From assembly GCA_014896535.1 (NCBI GenBank), contig JADBKE010000007.1, positions 68,571-132,570 on the forward strand: 64,000 bases of DNA, read 5' to 3'. Of the stretch, positions 26,754 through 36,418 are shown piece by piece. Positions within the stretch are counted from its first letter, which is position 1. Every line of letters begins with the position of its first letter. The notes beneath the pieces were generated by a model that was not told the origin of the DNA, did no database searches, and worked only from the letters and a program-made list of their open reading frames with translations. Origin of the DNA: Candidatus Fermentithermobacillaceae bacterium. GTDB lineage: Bacteria; Bacillota; Sulfobacillia; Fermentithermobacillales; DUSS01. Made by a program: the position numbers and the translations under genes.

Positions 26754-28634
26754 TTATCGGCGCTTGCTCGCGCGGTAACGTGTGAGATGAATTACCAGGA
26801 AGACCGCGAGGCAGCCCAGCCCAATCAGGTCCGTTACAAAGCCGGGGTCGATTAGCATGATACCGGCCGCACCGGCGAGGAGTCGTTCAACGAAGGTGCA
26901 CGGGAGAAAACCGTAGCCTTCGACCGCTATTGCAAACATGGTTACGCCGGTAACCGAGGTTGCAATGGCGCGGAGTATGGCGACGGCGGAACCCTGCATT
27001 AGCAGTTCCGGACCGTAAATCCAAAGATACGGGACGATAAACGAAACGAGTCCGAAACGAAAGGCGGTCCATCCGACTTTATTCGGATCGGTCTTGGCTA
27101 TGGCCGCCGCAGCGTAAGACGACAGCGCGACTGGCGGCGTTATCGTGGAGATGCAACCGAAGTAAAACACGAACAGGTGAGCCGCCAACAATGGAACACC
27201 CAATTTTACCAGAGCCGGTACAGCCATCACAGCAAGAACCACATACGCAGCGGTCGTCGGCAAACCACACCCGAGTATCAGCGAAGCAATCATCGTGAGG
27301 ATAAGCGCGAACAACTTGCTTTGGCCCGACATCGATAGCACGACCTGAGAAAACTTGAGGCCGAGCCCGGACATCCCCGTAACCCCGACGATTATGCCGG
27401 CGCAGGCGCAGGCAGCGGCTATGGTAATCATCCCTCTGGCCCCTTCTTCCAGGGATTGGTATACCCTGCGGAAGAAGCCTCTCCGGTCTTTGTTGAACAT
27501 CAGGTCGAGCACGAGAATGGAGCCGATAGCAAGCGTAACGGCCTTCGTGGGCGTCATGCCCTTCACGATAGCCACGGTGAGAAGCACGATGACGATGAGG
27601 AAATACCCTTTGTCGGCGATTGCCTTTTTGAGAGGCGGTCTTTCGGACGGAGGAAGTGTAGGAATATCTTCCTTGAGGGCTTCCAGGTGAACTAGAACAT
27701 GTGCGCTCAAGAAATAAAGGATAGCGGGGATCGCAGCGGCTTTCATAACCTCTGCATACGGAACGTTGATCATCTCCGCCATCAGGAAAGCTGCGGCCCC
27801 CATAACCGGAGGCATGATCTGCCCGCCGGTTGAGGCGAGAGCTTCGACCGCCCCGGCCACCCAGGGTTTGTATCCGATTTTCTTCATCATGGGAATGGTA
27901 AACGTTCCGGTGGTGACCACGTTCGCAACCGCCGACCCGGATATCGTGCCGACCAACGCGCTGCTCAAGACAGCTGCCTTGGCCGGCCCGCCTCTAAATC
28001 TCCCGGTCAAGGCCAGAGATGCTTCTACGAAGAAATCACCCGCACCGAACTTCTCCAGGAAAGCCCCGAAAATCACGAACAAGGCTACGTACGTAGCCGA
28101 AACAGCCATGGCAACTCCGTAAATTCCCTCGGTCGTCGAGTACAGGAACGCCGTTATCCTCTGAAGCGAGTAGTAGGGGTGACCGAAAAAGCCGGGCAGC
28201 CACGCTCCGAAGTAAGCGTAGGCGAGAAACGCTGTGCCAACAAGCATCAGAGGAAGCCCTACTACACGTCTGGTGATTTCGAGTATGAGAAGCACCGCAA
28301 TGACCCCGAAAACGAGGTCTACCTTGTTGGTTACTCCAGCTTCTTCTGCCACTCTGTCCCAGGTGGCAAGCGCGTATATGCCCGTCGCTGCAGCCAAGGC
28401 CGCCAACAGATAGTCCGCTAATGAAGGTCTCTTGCCTTTGCCTTTAATCGGGTACAGAAGAAAGACGACCGTTGACAGGATCGCCCAGTGTACGCCCCTC
28501 TGAAGCATTGCGGACGACGCGCCGAAAAGTCCCGTATAAATGTGGAACAGGGACAGCACCACGAAAACGATGGATACCGCTCTGGCTAGAATAGAACTTC
28601 TTCCGTGACCCTCTTGTTTAACGGTTTCCGCCAC
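26754..28634 (-). CDS. TRAP transporter fused permease (TAXI-type 4TM/12TM fusion)
   Basis: 626-aa polytopic protein with DctM-like repeats; adjacent TAXI receptor gene. Confidence 0.8.
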   Translation of the reverse strand: MAETVKQEGHGRSSILARAVSIVFVVLSLFHIYTGLFGASSAMLQRGVHWAILSTVVFLLYPIKGKGKRPSLADYLLAALAAATGIYALATWDRVAEEAGVTNKVDLVFGVIAVLLILEITRRVVGLPLMLVGTAFLAYAYFGAWLPGFFGHPYYSLQRITAFLYSTTEGIYGVAMAVSATYVALFVIFGAFLEKFGAGDFFVEASLALTGRFRGGPAKAAVLSSALVGTISGSAVANVVTTGTFTIPMMKKIGYKPWVAGAVEALASTGGQIMPPVMGAAAFLMAEMINVPYAEVMKAAAIPAILYFLSAHVLVHLEALKEDIPTLPPSERPPLKKAIADKGYFLIVIVLLTVAIVKGMTPTKAVTLAIGSILVLDLMFNKDRRGFFRRVYQSLEEGARGMITIAAACACAGIIVGVTGMSGLGLKFSQVVLSMSGQSKLFALILTMIASLILGCGLPTTAAYVVLAVMAVPALVKLGVPLLAAHLFVFYFGCISTITPPVALSSYAAAAIAKTDPNKVGWTAFRFGLVSFIVPYLWIYGPELLMQGSAVAILRAIATSVTGVTMFAIAVEGYGFLPCTFVERLLAGAAGIMLIDPGFVTDLIGLGCLAVFLVIHLTRYRASKRR

Positions 28635-28661
28635 AGTCCGTCACCTCCCGAAACCTTCTAG

Positions 28662-29547
28662 TCAAGCGAGACCAAGGAGAAACCTGGGGTTGTCCCTGGT
28701 CATAACGAAAATCTCTTCGCGGGAGATTCCGCAGCGCAACATCACTTCGCAGAACACCCTCATACCCTCGACGGGCGAAAAAGTCTCAACTTGCCCGTAA
28801 TCGGTTATCATGACGCAGTGGGCAGGACCAACCCTCTTGATTATGGCCGCGATTTCGTGGGGATCCTGGCGCCCGTGGAGAGGTGAGCACACACCGAAGG
28901 AGAGCTCGAGAAGACACCGCGCGGCGACCAACTGGTCAAGTATGTCGGGAGTGAAGTCCTCGAGCCAGGCATTGGGGTGACAGATGGTGAGCTTCCTGAA
29001 GCCTATCTTGACCGCTTCGTCTGCCAGAGCCAGGCACTCTTGGGGCGACACATGTCCGCTGCTCACGACGGCATCGTAGTCTTTGGCGATCTTGAGGATT
29101 TCCCTGACCTCTGCCCTCAGCCGGGAAACAGAACCCTCCTGCAAAAGCGAAATCCCTTGGACCGTGTATCCAAAAGATTTCTTCTGGACGTACTCCTTTA
29201 TCCAGTGGCCCTGAGCCGCTTTTTCAATGCAATATGCAGCGTCTACCGTAGGCATCCAGATATACTTTCCGCCCGTCCTGAGGCAGGATATGACAGACCG
29301 GGGATTCAGTCCCCCGACCGTGTGGTTCAGTGCGATGCCACCAAACACCTTGATCTCCGGGACCACCGTGCTCGTTAGGACCGCTTTTTGCGCCGACGAG
29401 CATAGATGGTCTTTCACTACAATAGCAGCCATGCCTCTCCCGGCAGCTTCTCTCGCCAGAGTGATGCTGTCAGAATACCTGGGACTGTCATCGGGTCCTA
29501 TGTGAATGTGGCAATCTATCGCGCCGCGGAGAAAATCCTCCACCACG
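28662..29547 (-). CDS. metal-dependent amidohydrolase-family hydrolase (TIM barrel)
   Basis: N-terminal DCHIHIG metal motif. Start set at the GTG at 29547, which has an AAGGAGGG SD and removes the overlap with the TAXI gene. Confidence 0.5.
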
Positions 29548-29616
29548 GTTCCCTCCTTATCTTTGAAAACGGTGGCCCGGCGGCGACAGCCTCCTCCGGG
29601 CCACCAGCGTACCTTG

Positions 29617-30570
29617 TTACTTGATGAGACCCTTCTCTCTGAAGTACTTCTCTGCACCCGGATGGAACGGAATTGGACTCTGCGCAGCAGACTGGAGGGT
29701 TACCTGTTTAATCGAGGCGTGATACTGGCTAAGCGCCGCCAGATTGTCGTAAATGGCACGAGTCAATTTGTAAGCCGTCTCATCATCCATTTTCGCATTT
29801 ACGATGAGAACGTTGCTTACGCCGATCGCGACTGCATCTGTGTCCATCTTGTATGTCTCTGCCGGGACGGTCACCTTGCTGTAATAAGGACATTTCGCGA
29901 TGAGTTCGTCGAACTTAGCCGGGTCGATTTCTACGAATCTCACTTTGTCGGTGGTGGTGAGCTGCATGACCGCCGAAGTCGGGTAGCCGGCGGCAGCCAG
30001 GGCGGCATCCACGTTCCCGTCCTTTAAGGCCATCATGCCGTCCTCGTAAGAGAGATAACTCGGCTTCACATCATCCAGGGTCATGCCGTAAACGGAGAGA
30101 AGGTCGGTGAAAATCGGTATGCTTCCGCCCCCCGCAGGCCCGACGGCAATCCTCTTTCCTCTCAAGTCGTTCACCGTTCGTATGGGCGACTTGTCCAGAA
30201 CTATGATGTGCAGTATGGTCGAGTGGAGAGAACCGAGGGCTCTGATGTCGTACTTCTCTTTGTACGGCTCCATGCCCTTGTAGGCGAAGTATGCTGTGTT
30301 GGCGTTGGTTATTCCCAGGTCGGCCTCTCTATTTCCGACAAGCCGGCAATTTTCGACGGCCCCGCCGGTTACCTCAGCAGTCATGGTAACGCCCTTTACG
30401 TTCTTGGACACTATTTCGGCGATGCCTGTGCCAATCGGATAGTAGGCTCCGCCCATGCTGGCGGTAGCAATGGTCATTCGCTTGGGCCCGGAAGACCCGC
30501 AGGCCGAGAGCACAAAAGACACGATGAGGAGCCCAACGATGATAGCCAGGCTCTTATATGCGGCTTTCAC
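29617..30570 (-). CDS. TAXI-family TRAP transporter solute-binding lipoprotein
   Basis: signal peptide with LSAC lipobox, TAXI fold motifs; start set at the GTG at 30570 (SD GAGGGGTG). Confidence 0.8.
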   Translation of the reverse strand: MKAAYKSLAIIVGLLIVSFVLSACGSSGPKRMTIATASMGGAYYPIGTGIAEIVSKNVKGVTMTAEVTGGAVENCRLVGNREADLGITNANTAYFAYKGMEPYKEKYDIRALGSLHSTILHIIVLDKSPIRTVNDLRGKRIAVGPAGGGSIPIFTDLLSVYGMTLDDVKPSYLSYEDGMMALKDGNVDAALAAAGYPTSAVMQLTTTDKVRFVEIDPAKFDELIAKCPYYSKVTVPAETYKMDTDAVAIGVSNVLIVNAKMDDETAYKLTRAIYDNLAALSQYHASIKQVTLQSAAQSPIPFHPGAEKYFREKGLIK

Positions 30571-30650
30571 TTGCTCCACCCCTCGTTTGTGGTTTTGTTC
30601 ATTGGGCTGGTGCCCTGAAACTCGGTGACCCAGCGTCGTCAAAACAAGCC

Positions 30651-31409
30651 TTACTTTCCAGCTGCTCCATGGAAGTCTGACCCAGACTCGGCTGCCAGAA
30701 GCTCTGTTTTTTCACCTCCCTCGGTGAGCGAACGCAGAAGCGACCGTGCTGCAGCGTAGCGGTGCTGCTTCGTAAGTTGCTCTGCCTTGTCGGCATCGTG
30801 ATTACGAAGAGCCTCTACCAGGGCTCTATGTTCGTCTCGGGAGGCTTCCAGCCTTGAGGGATCCAGGATGAAAACCGAGCGAGAGCGCTCTGCGCCGTAC
30901 CACAGTTCGTCTATCATTTTGAGTAAGCGCTTATAAGGAGAAAGTGAGAAAATCATTTTATGAAACTCCTGGTTCAGTAAACCGTAGGTAACCGCATCTT
31001 TTCGTTTCACGCACTCATCCATTTGCTTCAACAATTCCTCGAGTTCGACGATGTCCTCCGGCCCGATCCTTTCTGCTGCCGTTCTTGCGGCGAGACCCTC
31101 CAGTACGGCTCGAATTGCCAGGACTTCCTCCATTTCCAGGGGATCGAGTTTTGCCACTTCTGCACCAGCGTGGGGTATAACGGTTACAAGCCCTTCAGCC
31201 TGAAGGCGCTTTATCGCTTCGCGCACCGGTATTTCGGACACCTGTAGCTGCTCGGCTATCCATTTCTGACCGAGGCGCGTACCAGGTCTCAGGTTTCCGC
31301 TGATTATGTTTTCTCTGAGAACGCGGTAAACGTACTCGCTTTTGGTGGTCACAGGTCTGTCGGTGGCAGTCGTTAGGAGTAAGGGGTGCTGCATACGAGG
31401 TACCTCCAT
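30651..31409 (-). CDS. GntR-family transcriptional regulator (FadR/FCD subfamily)
   Basis: N-terminal wHTH (SGNLRPGTRLGQKWIAEQLQVSEIPVREAIKRL), FCD C-terminal domain. Confidence 0.8.
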   Translation of the reverse strand: MEVPRMQHPLLLTTATDRPVTTKSEYVYRVLRENIISGNLRPGTRLGQKWIAEQLQVSEIPVREAIKRLQAEGLVTVIPHAGAEVAKLDPLEMEEVLAIRAVLEGLAARTAAERIGPEDIVELEELLKQMDECVKRKDAVTYGLLNQEFHKMIFSLSPYKRLLKMIDELWYGAERSRSVFILDPSRLEASRDEHRALVEALRNHDADKAEQLTKQHRYAAARSLLRSLTEGGEKTELLAAESGSDFHGAAGK

Positions 31410-31425
31410 CTCGTTTGTAAGGCAA

Positions 31426-31438
31426 GTATATTATATAC
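31426..31438. promoter_or_regulatory. candidate GntR-type operator (perfect palindrome GTATAT-T-ATATAC)
   Basis: 13-bp GT...AC inverted repeat 17 bp upstream of the GntR start in an AT-rich promoter stretch; half-site ATATAC repeats again at 31441-31446. Confidence 0.4.
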
Positions 31439-31762
31439 AATATACAAGCCACGTCAACGGGGCCGGGTTGACGGTCAAAATCCCACGGCTCTTTACGCAG
31501 AGTCCTCACAGTCTTGCTGTAGCCGACATCAGCGGTGTAATATCCAGTCGAGTTAGGCAGTGAGGAAGGAATCCCGGCTCCACTCTTACCGTGGCTCTTT
31601 CGCTCATTTTGTGACCTGTGGGACGCACGGTCAGCCCGAGAATCTGATTATAGGCACATCGAATTTGACCGGAAAAACGTCCTGGCTTTATGCGGCTAAC
31701 ACGGATTGCAACCGTCGGCGTCCGGCATTTGCCTTTGTGCTTCCGAAAGGAGCGTAGAACCG

Positions 31763-32809
31763 ATGGAATTCACAAAGACCAGCGGCGGTCGTACGGTATC
31801 GCTGTATGTTGGCAGCAGTGAGAACATGATCCACGTCCGCGATGACTCCGTATCGCTCACAGTCACGTCTCCACCATATTGGAACGCAATCGACTATGAT
31901 AGGCACGCCGAAAATCCCGAGCAGTCATACCGCACGCGTCAATACAAGAGCGGGTTTGACGACTACCAATCATACATCACCTGGGCTACGCGGATATTCG
32001 GCGAGGTACTAAAGAAAACCCGGCCCGGTGGTTTTCTGGCCGTAGTTGTTGGCACCGTCCTGTGCGATGGAGTTCTCTACCCGGTACCGTTCGACCTCGT
32101 CTCAAGCCTCACGAGGTCCGGGTGGCTGTTTCACCAAGACATCGTCTGGCATAAAGTCACCGCAGGCGTCAAAAGAGCCGGCGTGTTCATCCAGCATCCG
32201 TATCCGGGTTACTACCACCCCAACATCATGAACGAGTATATCCTCATTTTCAGAAAACCTGGTGCTCCGATTCACCGCACCGTGGCGCCCGAAGTAAAGG
32301 CAAACGCAAAATACCAGATAGATGCGCTTTTTACCAAAGAAATAGCCAACAACGTATGGCACATCGCGCCTGTGCCCCCGGGCACCCTGAATCATCCGTG
32401 CCCGTTCCCCGAAGACATCCCTTTCAGACTGATCCAACTTTACTCGTATCCCGGCGACACGGTTTTGGACCCCTTCCTCGGCTCCGGTCAAACAACGAAG
32501 GTTGCGTGGGCGCTTGGCAGAAGTACCATTGGGTACGACATAGTAGAAGAATATGTCAGGTATGCATTTCAACGTCTTGACGAACCGCTGGCTGTAAGAG
32601 AAAAACAGCTTGTTGCCGAATACAAGCACGCCGACCTCGGTGCTCCTCTTGGAGCGCTCGGAAGAGCGAGGCACGGTAGGACGCGGCACGGCGCGGGGTT
32701 GCGCAGCCGAAAGCGGAATGACGAACCAAAGGAGGGGGACCCAGGTGCCATTCCAGAGGGAAAGAGAAGGATACCTCTCATTAAAGAGAATGATTCAAAC
32801 GGACTCTGA
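31763..32809 (+). CDS. DNA methyltransferase, beta-class N4-cytosine/N6-adenine type (motif IV SPPY before motif I FLGSGQT)
   Basis: TSPPYWNAIDY and DPFLGSGQTTKVA; SD AAAGGAG 7 nt before ATG 31763; no restriction endonuclease gene adjacent. Confidence 0.8.
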   Translation: MEFTKTSGGRTVSLYVGSSENMIHVRDDSVSLTVTSPPYWNAIDYDRHAENPEQSYRTRQYKSGFDDYQSYITWATRIFGEVLKKTRPGGFLAVVVGTVLCDGVLYPVPFDLVSSLTRSGWLFHQDIVWHKVTAGVKRAGVFIQHPYPGYYHPNIMNEYILIFRKPGAPIHRTVAPEVKANAKYQIDALFTKEIANNVWHIAPVPPGTLNHPCPFPEDIPFRLIQLYSYPGDTVLDPFLGSGQTTKVAWALGRSTIGYDIVEEYVRYAFQRLDEPLAVREKQLVAEYKHADLGAPLGALGRARHGRTRHGAGLRSRKRNDEPKEGDPGAIPEGKRRIPLIKENDSNGL

Positions 32810-32841
32810 ACTTCGTGAGAATCTGACAGATTCCGTATTCG

Positions 32842-33478
32842 ATGTACTTTATATCGTTGCCTCGGCTGGCTATAGTCGGTGAACCATCAAGGACTCAGAT
32901 CGCTTCAGCAATCATTGCTTCGCACGTGTTGGTCCACTATCCCAAACTGTTTGGGCACTCTCCCTCCTTGGAGCCGCGAGAAGAAATGCGAAGGGACGCG
33001 GTCAAAGGGGGGCTTTTGATGGGCCCCATGTACCATCTCATTCGGCGAGAGGACAGGATGAAGGCCCTGGGCGAGCTTCGCCGTGTTCTGAAGCCTGGTG
33101 GCGTGGCGGTGGTGGCCTATCCCAATTCCTGGGGAATACTGAGGTCGCTTCTGACAGAGAATCCGACGTACTATGAAAGCAAGGAAAAGATCTTTGCGCT
33201 TACCCGGAAATTCAACAATAGCCGTCCGGGGGAGGTTTCACCGAGGCGTACTTCACAATTCCCTCAAAGGCCACCGCAGAATTGCAGGAAGCAGCCTTCA
33301 CTATCCTGTGCTATGCTGGCGCAGAAAGCTACGCCTCAGGATGCATCGAACCTTTGACCAGAATGAGCCAGGAAAACCCCGGCGCTTACAAGAACGTGCT
33401 CGAGACTGCGGCAGCGCTTTCCGAGGAGCCCCCTGGCGTGATTCCACGGAGCACGTTCATTTTGTTGTGAGGAAATGA
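32842..33478 (+). pseudogene. class I SAM-dependent methyltransferase fragment (5'-truncated, frameshifted)
   Basis: post-motif-I region only (LRRVLKPGGVAVVAY); no GxGxG; C-terminal continuation in another frame (33282-33470). Confidence 0.45.
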
Positions 33479-33515
33479 GATGCACTGAGAAACGCAATCG
33501 GGGGAGGGATCTCCT

Positions 33516-35318
33516 TTGTCTCAGTCCTATATCATCACCGACGTGGGAAGCACCACCACTAAGGCAATACTCGTCGGAGAAAAGAACGGCGAATACAGGC
33601 TCCTCGGACGCGGTGAAGCGCCTACTACGGTCGAGTTGCCTTACGAGGATGTGACTTACGGCGTCATCAACGCTGTCAGGGATCTGGAGGATAGTACTGG
33701 CAGAAAGCTCCTTTGCGAAGAACCTGGCACCAGCTGCCCACTGAAGCATCCAGGTTCCGAAGTCAGGTATCTGTCTACTTCAAGCGCCGGCGGGGGATTG
33801 CAAGTCCTGGTCTTCGGCGTCATGAAGGGCGTAAGCGCGGAGAGCGCAAGTCGCGCGGCCTTAGGTGCGGGAGCCATATTGCTGGACGTGATGGCGGTAG
33901 ATGACGGAAGGCCAACCTTCGCAAGAGTCGACGCTATTCGTAATGCTCGACCAGACATAGTTTTGATTGCGGGTGGGTATGATGGCGGCAACGCGGCCTT
34001 TGCCCTGGAAATATGCGATCTTTTGAACCTTGCAAGGCCAAAACCCAGATTCGGCAAGGGTTTCACAATCCCGGTGGTATACGCCGGAAACAAGGATGCC
34101 GCCCCGCTTGTCCGGGATACCCTGAGCGAAGGCTTCGACCTGAAGGTCGTAGAGAACCTCCGCCCCACTCTGGAGCGGGAAGTTCTGGAGCCTGCCAGGA
34201 CTGCCATCCATGAACTCTTTATGTCTCACGTCATGGCCCATGCTCCGGGCTACGAAAAGCTAAGGTCATGGGTGGATGCTGACATCCTTCCCACCCCGGC
34301 AGCAGTAGGGCGCATGATGGAAGTCCTGGCCTACCGGCATAGGGCCAACCTTCTGGGAGTTGACATCGGAGGAGCAACCACGGATGTCTTCTCCGTCATA
34401 GACGGATCCTTCCACCGTTCCGTCAGCGCCAACCTGGGAATGAGCTATTCGGCAGGTAATGTCCTGATTGAAGCAGGTGTCGAAAACGTGTTACGCTGGC
34501 TTCCCTTTGAAGTTCCCTGGCACCAGGTTGCGGACAGGGTTTTCACCAAGCTGATTAACCCGACCACGGTCCCCAGGACGCTTATGGACCTCCAGATAGA
34601 ACAGGCTCTGGCCACGGAAGCTTTGCGGCTGGCCTTCGTCCAGCACAAAGAGATAGCTTCAAGCCTCCCCGTTCAGATGTCTCCCCTCATGGCCATGTTA
34701 ACCGGCCAGGATGAGCAGGTCAGGGCCAGAACTCGCCGAACCTCTTTGGTAGATATATCTGACGTGGACATTATCGTCGGTTCGGGAGGAGTACTATCCC
34801 ACGCTCCGAAAAGAGCTCAGGCAGCTTTGATGCTCATAAACGCCTTCCAACCGGTAGGAGTCACACACCTTGCAATAGATAGCATCTTCATGATGCCTAA
34901 CCTGGGAGTCCTGTCTCAGCTGGAGCCCGAAATGGCGCTTCATGTTCTCGAAAGAGACTGTTTCGTGCGGTTGGGTCCGGTTGTTGCGCCTGAGGGAGAG
35001 GTAACACCCGGCGAGCCGGCTTTAGCTGTCACGATAAGGCACCACAGCGGCGGACAAGAAGCCATAGTCAACGGAGGAGATATTCACGTTTTCCCTCTCC
35101 GGGCGGGTGATGAGGTGGAAATCGAGGTGGAGGCTCTGGGCGGTCTGTCTATAGGGGGAGGGTCCAGGGCAAAGTTTAAGACGTCCGGCGGGGTCCTGGG
35201 ACTCATAGCAGATTGCCGCGGGAGGCCTTTGAAGTTCCCCAAAGATCCAGGAGAAAGAGCAGCGCTGGTCTCCAAATGGCAACATCAGATCGGTGCATAC
35301 GGGGAGGGGTGTCGGTGA
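33516..35318 (+). CDS. GlmL/MutL-like ASKHA-fold ATPase (glutamate-mutase-reactivase-like family)
   Basis: N-terminal IITDVGSTTTKAIL phosphate-1 motif, DIGGATTD phosphate-2 motif; 600 aa. Family placement (GlmL/MutL, PF13941 with EutA) recalled from memory. Confidence 0.5.
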   Translation: MSQSYIITDVGSTTTKAILVGEKNGEYRLLGRGEAPTTVELPYEDVTYGVINAVRDLEDSTGRKLLCEEPGTSCPLKHPGSEVRYLSTSSAGGGLQVLVFGVMKGVSAESASRAALGAGAILLDVMAVDDGRPTFARVDAIRNARPDIVLIAGGYDGGNAAFALEICDLLNLARPKPRFGKGFTIPVVYAGNKDAAPLVRDTLSEGFDLKVVENLRPTLEREVLEPARTAIHELFMSHVMAHAPGYEKLRSWVDADILPTPAAVGRMMEVLAYRHRANLLGVDIGGATTDVFSVIDGSFHRSVSANLGMSYSAGNVLIEAGVENVLRWLPFEVPWHQVADRVFTKLINPTTVPRTLMDLQIEQALATEALRLAFVQHKEIASSLPVQMSPLMAMLTGQDEQVRARTRRTSLVDISDVDIIVGSGGVLSHAPKRAQAALMLINAFQPVGVTHLAIDSIFMMPNLGVLSQLEPEMALHVLERDCFVRLGPVVAPEGEVTPGEPALAVTIRHHSGGQEAIVNGGDIHVFPLRAGDEVEIEVEALGGLSIGGGSRAKFKTSGGVLGLIADCRGRPLKFPKDPGERAALVSKWQHQIGAYGEGCR

Positions 35319-36394
35319 AAAGGACCGAGATACGTAAGACTCGAGCGGTTCCTCCTACCGCCAGGTTGCTCGTATCGGTAGGTGACCGGGTTAATCCGGA
35401 TACTCCCATAGCTCGCGTCGAAACCATTCCCGGCAAGCTCTGGCGGGTTAATGTCAGCCGGGCTCTGGGCATCGATGCCGGCGACATCCGGCCCTTCGTA
35501 CTGAAAAGCCCGGGTCAGACCGTGGTCCAAGGCGAAGTGATCGCCGCGGCGTGCGATTATTTTGAGCCTCGCTCGGTAACTGCACCGGTTTCGGGCGTCA
35601 TGGCTCTCGTTTCCAAGCACCTTGGAAACGTCTATATCAGAGAGACCGTTGAGCTCGGAGAAGCCACAGGCCCGGTAACGGTGGAAGTCAGCAACAGGTT
35701 GGGAGTGCACCCCCGTCAGGTGAAAGATTTCCTCAACCGTGGCGTGGAGGCCGGGCGTTTTGTGATGAAAGGAGAGATCCTTGCGTCAATCCAGTGGGGA
35801 CCGAAGCCGCGTACCGTGGAGTCGCCTATCTTTGGGAAGATCAGAGAGATATCTCTTAAGACCGGAACGATCACCATTGAGCCAGCATTCAAATCTCTAG
35901 AGATCGACGCTTACCTCGAAGGCACCGTCACACGCATCGGCCCGGAGGAAGTCGAGATCACCGGGGTCGCCACTTTGCTGAACGGTGTGTGGGGGCTCGG
36001 AGGCGAAGCCCATGGGGTCCTTCACGTTATGGAAGGGGACCTCGAGGTCCGGGATTCCTTACCGAAAGGAGCTGTAGTCGTGGCTTCCGGAACTGCCAGC
36101 TACGAAGCGCTTGACCTGTGCAGGGAGAGGGGAGTCGCAGGTGTGATCCTTGGTTATCTCGGGTCGGAAACGCTCCTGAGATTTGCAGGTCCGGAGCTGA
36201 ATATGGGCATAACCGGAGGCGAAAATGTTCCTTTCCCGGTCATCCTGATGGAGGGATTTCTCCCCGCGGACATGAAACCCGAGACTTTCGAAACCTTCGC
36301 CGAGTTTCATGGCACCACAGTATCGTTGAATGGCACGACACACATACGGGCAGGAGTCATCCGACCCGAGATTATCCTGTTTGGAAAGCCATGA
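35315..36394 (+). CDS. hypothetical protein (no recognised family)
   Basis: GTG start overlapping the upstream stop (GTGA) with SD GGGGAGGGG; 359 aa. Confidence 0.5.
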   Translation: MKRTEIRKTRAVPPTARLLVSVGDRVNPDTPIARVETIPGKLWRVNVSRALGIDAGDIRPFVLKSPGQTVVQGEVIAAACDYFEPRSVTAPVSGVMALVSKHLGNVYIRETVELGEATGPVTVEVSNRLGVHPRQVKDFLNRGVEAGRFVMKGEILASIQWGPKPRTVESPIFGKIREISLKTGTITIEPAFKSLEIDAYLEGTVTRIGPEEVEITGVATLLNGVWGLGGEAHGVLHVMEGDLEVRDSLPKGAVVVASGTASYEALDLCRERGVAGVILGYLGSETLLRFAGPELNMGITGGENVPFPVILMEGFLPADMKPETFETFAEFHGTTVSLNGTTHIRAGVIRPEIILFGKP

Positions 36395-36418
36395 CCAGAG
36401 TATGGGAGTGACGGGCTG

